64,000 bases of DNA from a virus. The stretch covers positions 64,001 through 128,000 of IMG/VR virus record IMGVR_UViG_3300032893_000005. One strand, 5' to 3'. A program made the position numbers and the translations under genes. The notes below the pieces were generated by a model, which did no database searches, was not told the origin of the DNA, and saw only the letters and a list, made by a program, of their open reading frames with translations. Below, piece after piece: positions 48,924-59,144 of the stretch (its first letter is position 1; every line of letters starts with the position of its first letter).

Positions 48924-50519
48924 CTAAGTCGCGTCTCCAGCATAGACGTCCACTATGTTGTTCATGCCTGGCCCCTTGGGATAGACAACGATTATGTTGA
49001 CAAAAATCCCTGCTGCGGCGATCGACTGAGCCAGAGCTTCTGCCTCGATGCGGCCTTGCACAGTTCCAGTCAGGTAAGTCGGGTAGTCAGTGCCATCCGT
49101 TGCCGGGCTGTAGGGCTTGGTGGTTCTAACTAGCGAGACGTCCGGGTTGGCGTGCGTCCTCTTCATGACGTATGACGCATCGAGTAACAGCGTACCGTTT
49201 GACGGGCGACCGAGGTACTTGATCGGGCCTTCCTGATTACTGGTGCCGAAGTCCAAGATGATGTTGCCTGGGCTGTCCGGGAACTGCGCGGTGCTTCCTG
49301 ATGCTGACACGACGGTGTAAGGCTGACCAGCTTCCAGCGTCTGGTTGAGCGTGCACGACACGTTGCCGATGGTAACCCCTGAGGTAGGGTCGAAGCAGTA
49401 AGCACCGATGAACGTGTCAGGCCCACCGGTCTCATGGACGTGCCAACCGCCGATGAGCTGCCGCTTGATGATCTGCGTCGTCGCCGGGATGTAGATCACG
49501 ATCTCGTACGGGTTCACCTCGTAGAGCGTCGCGAACCTTGAGAGGTTGTTAAGTGTGGTGCGCCTGGGAAAGTAGAAGCGGATGTCGTTAGCACTCCCCT
49601 GACTTATGACAGAGGTAGTCTGGATCAGAGGGTTGACGATCTCGAAGTAGCCGCTTCCCACCACGTCAGGGTTGACCTTGGTGATGGTGAACGTACCAGC
49701 CTGGATGCTCGTGAACGGTGGGTTCTGGATGACAGCGTAGTCGCCAGCGAAGATGTTCTGTAAGGTCGGGTCAGGGCCAGAAGTCCAGGTGTAGCGGATG
49801 AAGCCGCCGTTGACCGTGATGGTCCACTGAGTTCCAGCAGCCTGAGTCGTAGGCCTGATCTGAGGAAACCTGAACACGTTCTGGGCTAGTCCCCCGAGTA
49901 CTGTGATGGAGGAGCGTGGACCGCGTGTACCGCTGAAGAGCTGGACGTAGTTTAAGCCAGCGCTCGAGTCGAGGTAGTCTTGAGCTGTGAGGCTTGAGCC
50001 TTGTTGCAATGCAGCGCGAGCGATCACCGTCGACACTTCGACAGCAGTCGCCTGTGAGATGTCTTGGAAGTCAGCCGCGTTGAACACGACGGACACCGGT
50101 GCAGCGTCAGCGTCAGTCTGGACCAGGAAGTCCATGCCGTCCTGGAGGAAGAAAGGCTCGGCCTGAGTTGACAGCACGTTTGCGTGCACTGCGTCAGCCC
50201 CGTAGAACAGCTCGAGCACTTGAAGGAAGATGTTGGAGACCGTCTTCGAGTTGTTGATCGAGATCGCGAGGTTACGATAGGAGTCATCATCGATGCCTAC
50301 GCCTGCCGGACGCTCTACGCCGATCGCGGACGTAAGCTTATCCAGGAAGCCCTGCTCTGCAGTCCATATGATCATGTTCTGCTTGGCAGCGGCAACGGTA
50401 GCCACGTTGATGTCGTCGACCGCTGCGGTTGCCTGAAGCATCGCGTTCGTGAACTTACCCTTGATGTCTCCGCGCAGGAACTGGCGAAGACGCTGGAACG
50501 AAGTCTGGTTATCAGCCAT
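48924..50519 (-). CDS. Baseplate wedge protein (gpI/gp48-like N-terminus)
   Basis: TA...FLDKL....GVERP...DDDSYR motif; follows baseplate J. Confidence 0.72.
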   Translation of the reverse strand: MADNQTSFQRLRQFLRGDIKGKFTNAMLQATAAVDDINVATVAAAKQNMIIWTAEQGFLDKLTSAIGVERPAGVGIDDDSYRNLAISINNSKTVSNIFLQVLELFYGADAVHANVLSTQAEPFFLQDGMDFLVQTDADAAPVSVVFNAADFQDISQATAVEVSTVIARAALQQGSSLTAQDYLDSSAGLNYVQLFSGTRGPRSSITVLGGLAQNVFRFPQIRPTTQAAGTQWTITVNGGFIRYTWTSGPDPTLQNIFAGDYAVIQNPPFTSIQAGTFTITKVNPDVVGSGYFEIVNPLIQTTSVISQGSANDIRFYFPRRTTLNNLSRFATLYEVNPYEIVIYIPATTQIIKRQLIGGWHVHETGGPDTFIGAYCFDPTSGVTIGNVSCTLNQTLEAGQPYTVVSASGSTAQFPDSPGNIILDFGTSNQEGPIKYLGRPSNGTLLLDASYVMKRTHANPDVSLVRTTKPYSPATDGTDYPTYLTGTVQGRIEAEALAQSIAAAGIFVNIIVVYPKGPGMNNIVDVYAGDAT

Positions 50520-51019
50520 TCTTTCTCTCTGAAGCCCTTAGGCGCTCGATCCTGTGCTTGCGGTTACAGATCCGGTAGTAGCGGTGCCAGAAGCTCGCCT
50601 GGAAGAAGTCGTCGTCGTAGCTGAGCTTGACCTTGTCTTCCTCTAGGTCTGCCTTGTACTCAACCTCGGACACTGGGTAGTTGTTTCGGTTGACGTCGTC
50701 GTGGTGGTTGTTGAACATGGCGTAGCCGAGGTTGACGCCCTGCGTCCCGTTCATCCAGTTATCAGCGTTGGACAGCCTTCTGTTGATGCCCATCAGTCGT
50801 GCTCGTAAGTTCCGGTCCCGTAGTTCATCTCGTACTCCGTAGCGTTGTACTCGACCGCTATGTGCAGGTTATCAACTTCCCAGCACTTTCTGCCAGCCTC
50901 GAGGCCGTAGCCGTTCATGCATACCTCGTCGAGCGTGCCGATCATGTTGAACTTACCGAGGTGCTTGCTGAGAAGCGGGTGTCCTTGCAGGTGAAGTGAT
51001 GAGTTTACGTTGCCTGACT

Positions 51020-54000
51020 TCACGAAGCAAGGCTCACGATCACGTCCGTGCTGAGGCTCAGGACGATCGGCTTCTCGTTCGGCTGGCTGATGATCTGGTC
51101 GTTGGTCGCGTTGTAGGTCGGGCTCGAGATACTGACGGCCTGGACACCAGCGATCGACTGGGCAGCAGAGACGATCTGCGAGAATACCACGGGATCACCA
51201 GCACCAAGGCTGTTGATGTAGGAGGCCACTGCGGTCTGAACTCTGTTACGCACCACGGCAAACGGAGTACCAGTCTTGTTGCGGATGACGATGCTGACCT
51301 GGATTCTCTTCTTGAGCGCCGAGTCGATCTCGATGTAGGAGCCAGCCGCTGCGACGCCGGGGTAAGTGATCGGGTCAGAAGCCTGACCACGGATGACTTG
51401 ACCCACTGCGTTGATTAGGCCGCCGTAGTGCTGGTACGAGTCCGCGCCGACCGCCACGTTGGTGTTGAAGGCAAGCTTGCTGACTGCGCTGATGCTGGAC
51501 GCGCCCGAGCTGTTGATCTTGTTGAAGAGGTCGATGCCCTCCACCACGATGTCTGCGTAGTTCACGTTGATCGGTGACTGCGCGACGTTTGCGATCTTCG
51601 CGTACTGGGTGAACGGGAACTCCTCGATCACGGTCACGTTCACGAAGTCAGCGCCCAGGGTGTTGGTAGTGACAGAGTTCTTGCTGAGCGTGGGCGTAGA
51701 GATCGCGATCTGAGTGTCAGAGCTGATGCCGGTGACCAGGTACTCACCCTTGCGAGTCTCGACGGGAACGCTCGAGTCATCGAGTAAGCTCGTTCCGAGA
51801 GAGAACGTGTCGCCAGGACGCACTGAGTCATAACTTATGACGTGGATGTCTGAGGCGCCTGTCAGGATGTAGTCGCCGACCATCGCCGACGGATTCTCGA
51901 AGTAGATGGTGCTTGAGCCGAAGGTGTTGACGACCAGGAACTCGCCAGCGTTGCCGAACGTGAAGACGCCGGAGAACACTGCGCGATCGCCCTTGTAGAG
52001 TCGCTTGAGGACTGTGCCGGACGCGGCTGCTGATACAACGTCAGGAGAACCAGACTGTAAGTACTGGAACGCCGTGGTGCTCGAGGCCATAGCACGGAAC
52101 TTACCGTTGAAGCTCGAGTCGTCAGAACTCACTTCGATCGTGGTGAAGCTGTTGACGGGGACGTTGTGCGCTGCGCTAAGAGTGATGGTAGACACACTCG
52201 AGGTGCGCTGCTTGTTAGTGACCGTCATGGTCTTCGAGAAGTTAGGAGCCGTGCCGAGGCCAGTCCAGGAAGCTGCGATGAACTTGCCCTGCTTCTCGAG
52301 CCTGATCTGAGTCGTGTTGTCAGAGTCGTGGTAGCGCTGAGTCTGGAACCATCCAGTCTGCTCGAGGTTACCGGTGTTGGAGTTCGAGATGCTGATCTGT
52401 GCAGTACCGAGGCTGGGGTTAACGCCCATGAAGCTGATCTCAGTTCCAGCACTGAAGCCTAAGTCTTTGGTAAGCTGGACGCCGTTCTGGATCTTCACCC
52501 ACTGGCCAGCCACGAAGCCGCGCATGGCAGCCTTCGGGATCGCGAACTTGGTGTAGGACGTTGACACGACGCTTCCAGAATCCTGCACAGCCCCTGAGAT
52601 GGAGTTGGCAGTACCGCCGGAGACCTCGACTGCGCCAGAGGAGCCGAAGAGTTCAGAGTAGAACTGGACAGCGCCTGCGTTGTCGCAGACCCCAGCCTGA
52701 GCGAGCGAGCTTAGACCGGTGACAGCGAACACGTTTACGTACCTGGAGAGCTGGTCAGCGTCGGTCGGGATCAAGTAGAAGTCTTCGCCGACGAGCTGAG
52801 AGCCGCTGATGGCGAGCGGAGTCTTAAGCGAGAAGTAGTTCACCGGCACCGAGACAGTGCCGATGTTGCTCACGTCTACCCAGTTCTCGCCGTCTGCCAA
52901 ACCAATGAACGCCTCAGAGCCCAGGCTATCGTCGAGGGTAGAGGTGGTGATGTTGCCAGCACCAGACTCCAACTGAGAGAGTGAGATGTAAGAAGCAAGG
53001 TTCGCGGTTACGTACGTCGCCGTTGTGAGTGCCGTATCCCCTGACAAAGGGAAGAACTGGAGCGACGATGCGCTTGACAGAGTGCGTCCGGTTTCCAGCG
53101 TGCCGCCGTACTTGGTGATCTCGAAGTAGACGTTGGTGATCGCGGTTATCTTGTAGGAACCCTGATTGTTCGCGCTGAAGGTGGAGGCTGAGCTGATCGC
53201 AACGACGTCGCCGACCACTATGCTCGCAGACAAGAAGTTAGGGGCAGTGCCGATCGTGTTGTAGGTGTAACGCCATGTGTTACCGATCGGGTTGGTCACG
53301 TCGAACTGAGTGGTAGCATCCCAAGTGCCGCCGGTGCGCAGAGCCCCTGATGACAAGTAGAGCTGGACGCTGGTGTTTAGGTCGTTAGTGATCGCGGACG
53401 ACATCGGAGTGCTGGCCGCGTTCGGGTAGAAGAAGCCGACCTGCACCTGGTTACCGCTGGGACCGTAAGTGGCCGCGCGTACCAGCATCTTGTTGTTGGC
53501 GCCAGCAGGGTCAAGGACTGTTCTGGCCCTGAAGTGGACCTTGAAGTCGTTGAAGACGAAGTTGTTGCCGAAGCTTGCCGGGAAGTTCGAGGTAGGACCG
53601 AGGTCAGTGTCGTACGCGTTGAAGCTGTTTGCGCCGGTAGACGCGTAGACAGTTCCATGACGCCCCATGTTAATGTTGAACGTCTTGTTGACCGTGTCCT
53701 TGTCGAAGATGCTGACCAGGTTGTCCTGGTAGCTGAAGTTGTAGCCCGACGCCACGTAGTAGCGATCGTTCTGGATGATGTCATCCATCTTAGGAGAGTT
53801 ACGCAGTGTGACAGAAGTTCCGGTGATGAGTTCAAGCCGCTGCTTCAGTCCCCTGTTCGAGCTGATGAGCCCGTTGTAGGGATCAAGCCACTTGAAGACC
53901 TTGTTCGGGTTAACCCCTAAGGTAGCAAGGTTCTGGTTGGTGATCGCGTTGGTGTAAGGAGTCGTTGCGTCGCCTGTCGCGATGCTGTCGTGGATGAACT

Positions 54001-56557
54001 CGATGAAGGTCTCGTCCGGGTTCGAGTCTAGGAAGGCAGTGTGAGATACGCCGCTCTGCGACAAAGTTCCGGCAACAAACCCCAGACTGGAAGCAGAGCT
54101 GTTGTAGCCTGCCATGTACAGGTAGCCGAGGTTAGAGTCGTACGTGTCGGTAGAGATGCGTACGGTGTTCCCAGCGACTGCGGCAGCGAATCCCCCAATT
54201 AGAGTAGAGGTGATGCTGTTCGCAAGCGAGCTTATGGTCTGAAGCCCCGAAGGTAGTAAGACCTGCTGCATGTCGCCAGCAGACCGCGCGAAGAACAGGT
54301 CGCTTACGCCGCCTAGGGTCTTTGACTCGGCCACGCCGCTGGTAGACCGGCGTACGTCGAAGTAGTTCGCGGCAGTGGCATCCACGCGCCAGTAGCCTAC
54401 GTTGGTAGCGGAGAAGCCAGCGTTCTCGGGCACGACGACCCAGTCACCTACGTTCACGTTGACGAAGGCGTTCGCGACGCTCGAGGTGTAGCGCCAGATG
54501 TTCGTCGTGGGGTTCGATACCGTGATGGTTGATCCGCCCGTGGAGCCATGCGTCACAGCCTGAGCAGAGCCATCGACGATGAGCCATATCTTAGGATTAG
54601 GGCTGACGGACAGGTTGATCGATCCGCCGGTGATGACTGCAGAATCGAGGAAAGCCCGAGTGCTGGTAGACCCAGCCGTGAAGACGTCACCCTTAGTCGC
54701 AGGCGTTACAAGCTCGATCTGACCGGTTGAGCGGTTGAGCGCGTAGTCGCTTGCCTTGCCGTCTTCTGACACGCCGAGGGCAAACATGAGGCCAGATGCG
54801 ACTAGGGTACCGCCGGTGATCGCGATGCTCGCGACGTTGCTTGCTCCCTTGTTAGAGCTTACCTGGAGAGATCCGAGTCCGCTGTCTGCGAACGTGGCTC
54901 CTGCGATCTTAGTGTTGAGGACGGACGCCCATGCGAGGAGCGAGTTGTTGGCGTTTACGGTAGCGTAGCCGTACGGGATGAAGTCAGAGTCGTTGACGGT
55001 TGCAGTCTGACTGATGCCGTCGACTTCGACGATGAGCGTCATACCACTCGTTATGCTTGGTGACCAGGCGCTCTGAAGGTTCGAGAATACGGTGGGGACC
55101 ACGCCGTCCTTTATCAGGAGCTTCTCGTTCTTGTAGAGGCGGAGGGTGTAGGTAAGCGTGGTCGGGAAGCCCAGGAACTGGTTGGCGTCTATTCCGGAGA
55201 TCGGCGCAGTAACCTGGATGTCCTCGTTCACGAAGTCTTTGGCAAAGAGCGTTATGAACGCGTCGTTCATGAACGAGCGAGCGCTGAAGAGCAGAGTGCT
55301 GTTCGCGTTGATGGAGTTGACTACCTCGAAGGTGTCAGCCGCGTTCGGAGTTGCGAAGTCGCTGTCTGCGAACTGGTGCTGACTTAGGACACCACCGACT
55401 AAGACGCTAAGTGTCATTCCACCGGTGATGGCGAACGGAGTCTGAAGCGTCGAGATGACGATGGCCTTGGTGAGGTCCTGGTACTGGAGCTGGAGGTACT
55501 TCTCGCCGCCGTTAGCATCGTCGATGATGGACTCAAACCCCTGACCCGAGAAGATCGGCTCGTACCCTGCACCGTTGTCGATGAAGAGAGTGCCAGGCTC
55601 GTTGCGGTTGGCGGGCTGCCTGAACTTAGCGGACGTGACCGTTTGCTGGTCATCGCTCGAGGTGATGTCGATCGCGGAGTTCTCGACGGCCAAGGTCGTA
55701 GCCTTGGTCTTCGTGGCTGCCGTCTTCTTGATGAGGTCACGGTAGTCGTCGTCGGCCATCGTGTCCCGGCCAGAGGTGAATCCGATCGGGTTAGTGGCAG
55801 TGGCGTTTGGAAACGGTGCGTTACCAAATCCCACCACGGCAGCAGCGGGTACGTTGCTCGTCGATCCAGGCGTAGTGGCCACGACGGGAACGTCAGATAA
55901 CTGCTGCTCTCCGTCAAGGAGCGTGACTGATGCCAGAGTCCTGAACGTGGTAGCGGGGCTCGTGAGAGTTGCCTGTGTCTGGACGATGGAGCCGGACTGG
56001 ACAACCCTGTTGCCGCCCTGCGCCAAGATGACGGTCTCGCCGAGGTTGTGGTTCTTTGCTGTGACGGTTGACAAGGTGATCTGGAAGTAGGAGCCCACCG
56101 GCGTGATCGCAGTGTAGGCGATCGGACCTTCTAAGTTGTTGGTTCCACGACCGATGTAGATCGAGCCTTGCTGCGGGAAGGCTGAGCCGTCGGCCACGTT
56201 GACGTACTGAGAGCCAGCCGGAGGTGCTGGGGTTCCCTGGTAGACCTTGGTCGCGACCTTGACGAAGCTCGCCTGAGAGATCGTGACGGTACCGTTGGAC
56301 GGCCTTGCTTGTGGTCTGGGAACTCCCTGTCCGTTGCCGTAGTTGTCGAGGTCTGAGCCCGACAGGTTGTCGATGTCGACTGAGGCCAAGGCAGTCATGA
56401 TGTCGCCCTGGATCTTGAAGTCGTTCAGGACCGCAGTCTCGGCAAAGGAGCGCCCGGCGCTTCCTACGGCGAGGTCGTTCGTTCCCGACTTGGTTACCCA
56501 AGTGCGGATGAACGTGTTAAGCATGGACGTGAATGACGTTTGTGTCGGTACTGCCAT
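51020..56557 (-). CDS. Giant baseplate J/gp47-family wedge protein
   Basis: N-terminal DL.VGS..R...E, GSDLD..G...GV.R..A....G.VT, GRDT..DDDYR; C-terminal V.SYINSLGAGDPV.FSQIV...QSIAGV. Confidence 0.88.
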   Translation of the reverse strand: MAVPTQTSFTSMLNTFIRTWVTKSGTNDLAVGSAGRSFAETAVLNDFKIQGDIMTALASVDIDNLSGSDLDNYGNGQGVPRPQARPSNGTVTISQASFVKVATKVYQGTPAPPAGSQYVNVADGSAFPQQGSIYIGRGTNNLEGPIAYTAITPVGSYFQITLSTVTAKNHNLGETVILAQGGNRVVQSGSIVQTQATLTSPATTFRTLASVTLLDGEQQLSDVPVVATTPGSTSNVPAAAVVGFGNAPFPNATATNPIGFTSGRDTMADDDYRDLIKKTAATKTKATTLAVENSAIDITSSDDQQTVTSAKFRQPANRNEPGTLFIDNGAGYEPIFSGQGFESIIDDANGGEKYLQLQYQDLTKAIVISTLQTPFAITGGMTLSVLVGGVLSQHQFADSDFATPNAADTFEVVNSINANSTLLFSARSFMNDAFITLFAKDFVNEDIQVTAPISGIDANQFLGFPTTLTYTLRLYKNEKLLIKDGVVPTVFSNLQSAWSPSITSGMTLIVEVDGISQTATVNDSDFIPYGYATVNANNSLLAWASVLNTKIAGATFADSGLGSLQVSSNKGASNVASIAITGGTLVASGLMFALGVSEDGKASDYALNRSTGQIELVTPATKGDVFTAGSTSTRAFLDSAVITGGSINLSVSPNPKIWLIVDGSAQAVTHGSTGGSTITVSNPTTNIWRYTSSVANAFVNVNVGDWVVVPENAGFSATNVGYWRVDATAANYFDVRRSTSGVAESKTLGGVSDLFFARSAGDMQQVLLPSGLQTISSLANSITSTLIGGFAAAVAGNTVRISTDTYDSNLGYLYMAGYNSSASSLGFVAGTLSQSGVSHTAFLDSNPDETFIEFIHDSIATGDATTPYTNAITNQNLATLGVNPNKVFKWLDPYNGLISSNRGLKQRLELITGTSVTLRNSPKMDDIIQNDRYYVASGYNFSYQDNLVSIFDKDTVNKTFNINMGRHGTVYASTGANSFNAYDTDLGPTSNFPASFGNNFVFNDFKVHFRARTVLDPAGANNKMLVRAATYGPSGNQVQVGFFYPNAASTPMSSAITNDLNTSVQLYLSSGALRTGGTWDATTQFDVTNPIGNTWRYTYNTIGTAPNFLSASIVVGDVVAISSASTFSANNQGSYKITAITNVYFEITKYGGTLETGRTLSSASSLQFFPLSGDTALTTATYVTANLASYISLSQLESGAGNITTSTLDDSLGSEAFIGLADGENWVDVSNIGTVSVPVNYFSLKTPLAISGSQLVGEDFYLIPTDADQLSRYVNVFAVTGLSSLAQAGVCDNAGAVQFYSELFGSSGAVEVSGGTANSISGAVQDSGSVVSTSYTKFAIPKAAMRGFVAGQWVKIQNGVQLTKDLGFSAGTEISFMGVNPSLGTAQISISNSNTGNLEQTGWFQTQRYHDSDNTTQIRLEKQGKFIAASWTGLGTAPNFSKTMTVTNKQRTSSVSTITLSAAHNVPVNSFTTIEVSSDDSSFNGKFRAMASSTTAFQYLQSGSPDVVSAAASGTVLKRLYKGDRAVFSGVFTFGNAGEFLVVNTFGSSTIYFENPSAMVGDYILTGASDIHVISYDSVRPGDTFSLGTSLLDDSSVPVETRKGEYLVTGISSDTQIAISTPTLSKNSVTTNTLGADFVNVTVIEEFPFTQYAKIANVAQSPINVNYADIVVEGIDLFNKINSSGASSISAVSKLAFNTNVAVGADSYQHYGGLINAVGQVIRGQASDPITYPGVAAAGSYIEIDSALKKRIQVSIVIRNKTGTPFAVVRNRVQTAVASYINSLGAGDPVVFSQIVSAAQSIAGVQAVSISSPTYNATNDQIISQPNEKPIVLSLSTDVIVSLAS

Positions 56558-56601
56558 CTTTACCTTAGGGTGACCAGAGAGGGTCGAGGTGAGTATCTCA
56601 T

Positions 56602-56612
56602 GATTAAGATCT
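56602..56612 (-). promoter_or_regulatory. Putative late promoter motif AGATCTTAATC
   Basis: In the 80-bp intergenic gap, 45 nt upstream of the baseplate J start. Confidence 0.65.
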
Positions 56613-56637
56613 GGGTTTAACTATATGATCTTACTAG

Positions 56638-59136
56638 TTAAGTCTCGAGGTCAAACGACAGGGGAAGCTCGGTGCCGGTCGAGGCCACAGGGACCACGAG
56701 CGAGATGTTGAGCGCGTCTTCGTCCTCAACTACCTGGATCGACTTAACTCCAGTATACCGCTCGTCTTTCTTGAAGGCGTCCACGATCCGGTTCCTGATG
56801 TCAGTCACCGATACGTCAGCGATCGAGTCGCCCACCTCCGGCTTAGCACCGTATTGAGGATGCAGAATGACCCCGCCGACGGCTGCCGTAAGCTTGAGCT
56901 TCGCGGCTTGAATCAGGTTCGCCTTCCCGAAGGCAAGGTTCCACGTACCGTCGGCTGTAACCGCGAGGTCGTTGTTCTGGTCCAGGAGCAGGTCGATCTT
57001 CGAGAGCTTGATCAGTGCCGGGTCTTCGTTTATGAACGGAAGCGGCTTAGTCACGGTGTTGTCGATGGTAGAAGGTGCGTCCACGGGGATGTAGAGCATC
57101 TTCTGCGAGTTCACGGTGTTGGGCAGGAAAGCCTTCATGAAGGCATGCTCGTTCACAGTGAAGTCTCCGAGCGTATCGTCTCCGTCCACGGTGATGAGCC
57201 AGTTGGTCGACGAGATCTCCTGGATGATCTTGATCTTCCTCGTCTGGATAGGCTGAGTGTCAGAACCGATCATGATGATCTGCTCGTTGAACAGGTTCTC
57301 GGTGGTGCTCACGTTGAACTGGTTTCCGTCGCCGTTGCTCAGGAAGCTGTAGGTGAACCCATCCTCGTCTATGTAAGGAGGTGAGAGGTTGTTGACCGAG
57401 ACGATCTCGATCCATCGCGTTGCGTCACCAAGGTACTGCTGAGCGATCCGCTCGAGCGATACCTTGAACGGGCAGGGGATGGCGATCTTCGACTGCGGAG
57501 TCGTGAAGTCGATGCCTGACGCTGCGGTCGTCTCTGCGTAGAAGTTGATGAGCGCAGATACGCCGCTCTGCTGGTTAGCCGTCGATACTGGGCCAAAGGT
57601 GTTGCTGGAGAGTAAGGAATACATGCCGCTCTGACTTGACTGTAAAGCATACATTATAGGCCAGATCGGGCTGTCGTCGCCCTGCGAGATCGCAGTCGGC
57701 TCGAGCGCAGTCACCGTTGCCTGGAGCTGGTTGATCAGGTTGTTGATGTCGTTGTTGGTGATCGATAGTGCGTTGAGCTTAGCTGTCGCGACTGCGTCCT
57801 GCTGGGACTTCGTGAGCTGGAGCGAGTCAGTTGAGATCGAGTCGGTGAAGTCGACGTTGGTCAAGACCGAGTCGGTCGTGGCCACTTCCACGTTGAAGCT
57901 GCCCTGGGCCTGGGTGGACTGAGTTGAGGCCGAAGTGTTGGTCGCGGACTTGAACTGTCCCTGGAGGTTAGGAGGTATCTGGTCGAACAGGTCGTTTGCC
58001 TGCCTGATCACGTTCTGCTGGAACGACGACTGGATCTGAGACGGAAGGTCGGCTATGGTCGCCGGGATCGAGATCGCCTCCTTAAGCGCCAGGATGACGT
58101 TGTTCATCGGACCTATGACGTTCACGTCGATGTCAGTCTTGATGGCGGTTACCACGTCCTTGGCCTTCTGGATGAGCCCGCGAGCGTTCCTCAAGGTGTT
58201 GAGGACGGCCTGGTAGTCTCCTATGTTGTTCACCAACGACTGAGAGCCAGCAGACGGACCGTCGCTGGCCGAGTCAAACTGGATCTGATCCTTTGGAACT
58301 GCTCCCCAGGCAATCCCTTGGAACGTGTAGAGGTACTCGAGCGGAGAAGACGCCGAGCGCTTCACGTTGAACATCTGAGGAGTGACGAGGTACGTCATCT
58401 TGTCCTTAGACATCTGGAACGCAAGGCGATACTGACCGCCGTCGGGCCGCTTCTTCATGTCAGCGTAGAGTTCGAGGAAGGACCTGATCAAGTGGTACTG
58501 GTAGTAGCCAGAAGTGATCACTTCTTCGCTCGGGAGTTGATTGCCGCCGCTTGCCGTGATGTTTGAGCCAGCGATCGCACGGAAGGATGAGGCTACGTTG
58601 TTGACCGCTGCGATGGTTCCGGCGAAGACCGTACCGATCAAGCTGTGGTCGGGAGAAGTCTGGGAGAAACTAGGTCTTCGTATGAAGACTCCGGTAGACG
58701 CAGTGAACGAGATGTTCCGAAGAGGGGCAGCGTTGTTCTCTTCCAAGATGCCGCGTGAAGTGACTGTAACGGTGGACGCGAAAGGGGTCGACACGTTCAA
58801 GTCCTGTGGGGTAATTGGCAATACTACTTCAAGCCCCGAATACTTCACGTACTTCCCACCTTGAAGACTTAATATAATGAAGCTGTACGGAAAGACCCTG
58901 TTCCAATCCTCGGGCTGTATGTATTCTAAACGCAGACCCCTCGACATCAACTGAGTGGCAGTTGACAGCGCTCGGGTATTCTGTTGGAAGTTTTCTATCG
59001 CTATGCTTAAGTCTACTACGCTAGACTGACTGTTGGACTGAGAGAGCTGAAACGGATTAACGGCGTCCAGGCCGTTCTTCTCGATCGCGTCTACTACGCT
59101 GTCCTTGATGCCGTTTAGTGAGTCAAGTATTCCCAT
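56638..59136 (-). CDS. Multidomain baseplate protein: tube-initiator-like + LysM-like + gp25-like
   Basis: LPITPQDL N-terminus; SLERIAQQYLGDATRWIEI..VNNL (LysM-like); DL...G.ANL.QA..KL...G..ILHPQYG (gp25/W). Confidence 0.75.
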   Translation of the reverse strand: MGILDSLNGIKDSVVDAIEKNGLDAVNPFQLSQSNSQSSVVDLSIAIENFQQNTRALSTATQLMSRGLRLEYIQPEDWNRVFPYSFIILSLQGGKYVKYSGLEVVLPITPQDLNVSTPFASTVTVTSRGILEENNAAPLRNISFTASTGVFIRRPSFSQTSPDHSLIGTVFAGTIAAVNNVASSFRAIAGSNITASGGNQLPSEEVITSGYYQYHLIRSFLELYADMKKRPDGGQYRLAFQMSKDKMTYLVTPQMFNVKRSASSPLEYLYTFQGIAWGAVPKDQIQFDSASDGPSAGSQSLVNNIGDYQAVLNTLRNARGLIQKAKDVVTAIKTDIDVNVIGPMNNVILALKEAISIPATIADLPSQIQSSFQQNVIRQANDLFDQIPPNLQGQFKSATNTSASTQSTQAQGSFNVEVATTDSVLTNVDFTDSISTDSLQLTKSQQDAVATAKLNALSITNNDINNLINQLQATVTALEPTAISQGDDSPIWPIMYALQSSQSGMYSLLSSNTFGPVSTANQQSGVSALINFYAETTAASGIDFTTPQSKIAIPCPFKVSLERIAQQYLGDATRWIEIVSVNNLSPPYIDEDGFTYSFLSNGDGNQFNVSTTENLFNEQIIMIGSDTQPIQTRKIKIIQEISSTNWLITVDGDDTLGDFTVNEHAFMKAFLPNTVNSQKMLYIPVDAPSTIDNTVTKPLPFINEDPALIKLSKIDLLLDQNNDLAVTADGTWNLAFGKANLIQAAKLKLTAAVGGVILHPQYGAKPEVGDSIADVSVTDIRNRIVDAFKKDERYTGVKSIQVVEDEDALNISLVVPVASTGTELPLSFDLET

Positions 59137-59144
59137 TGTTCACC

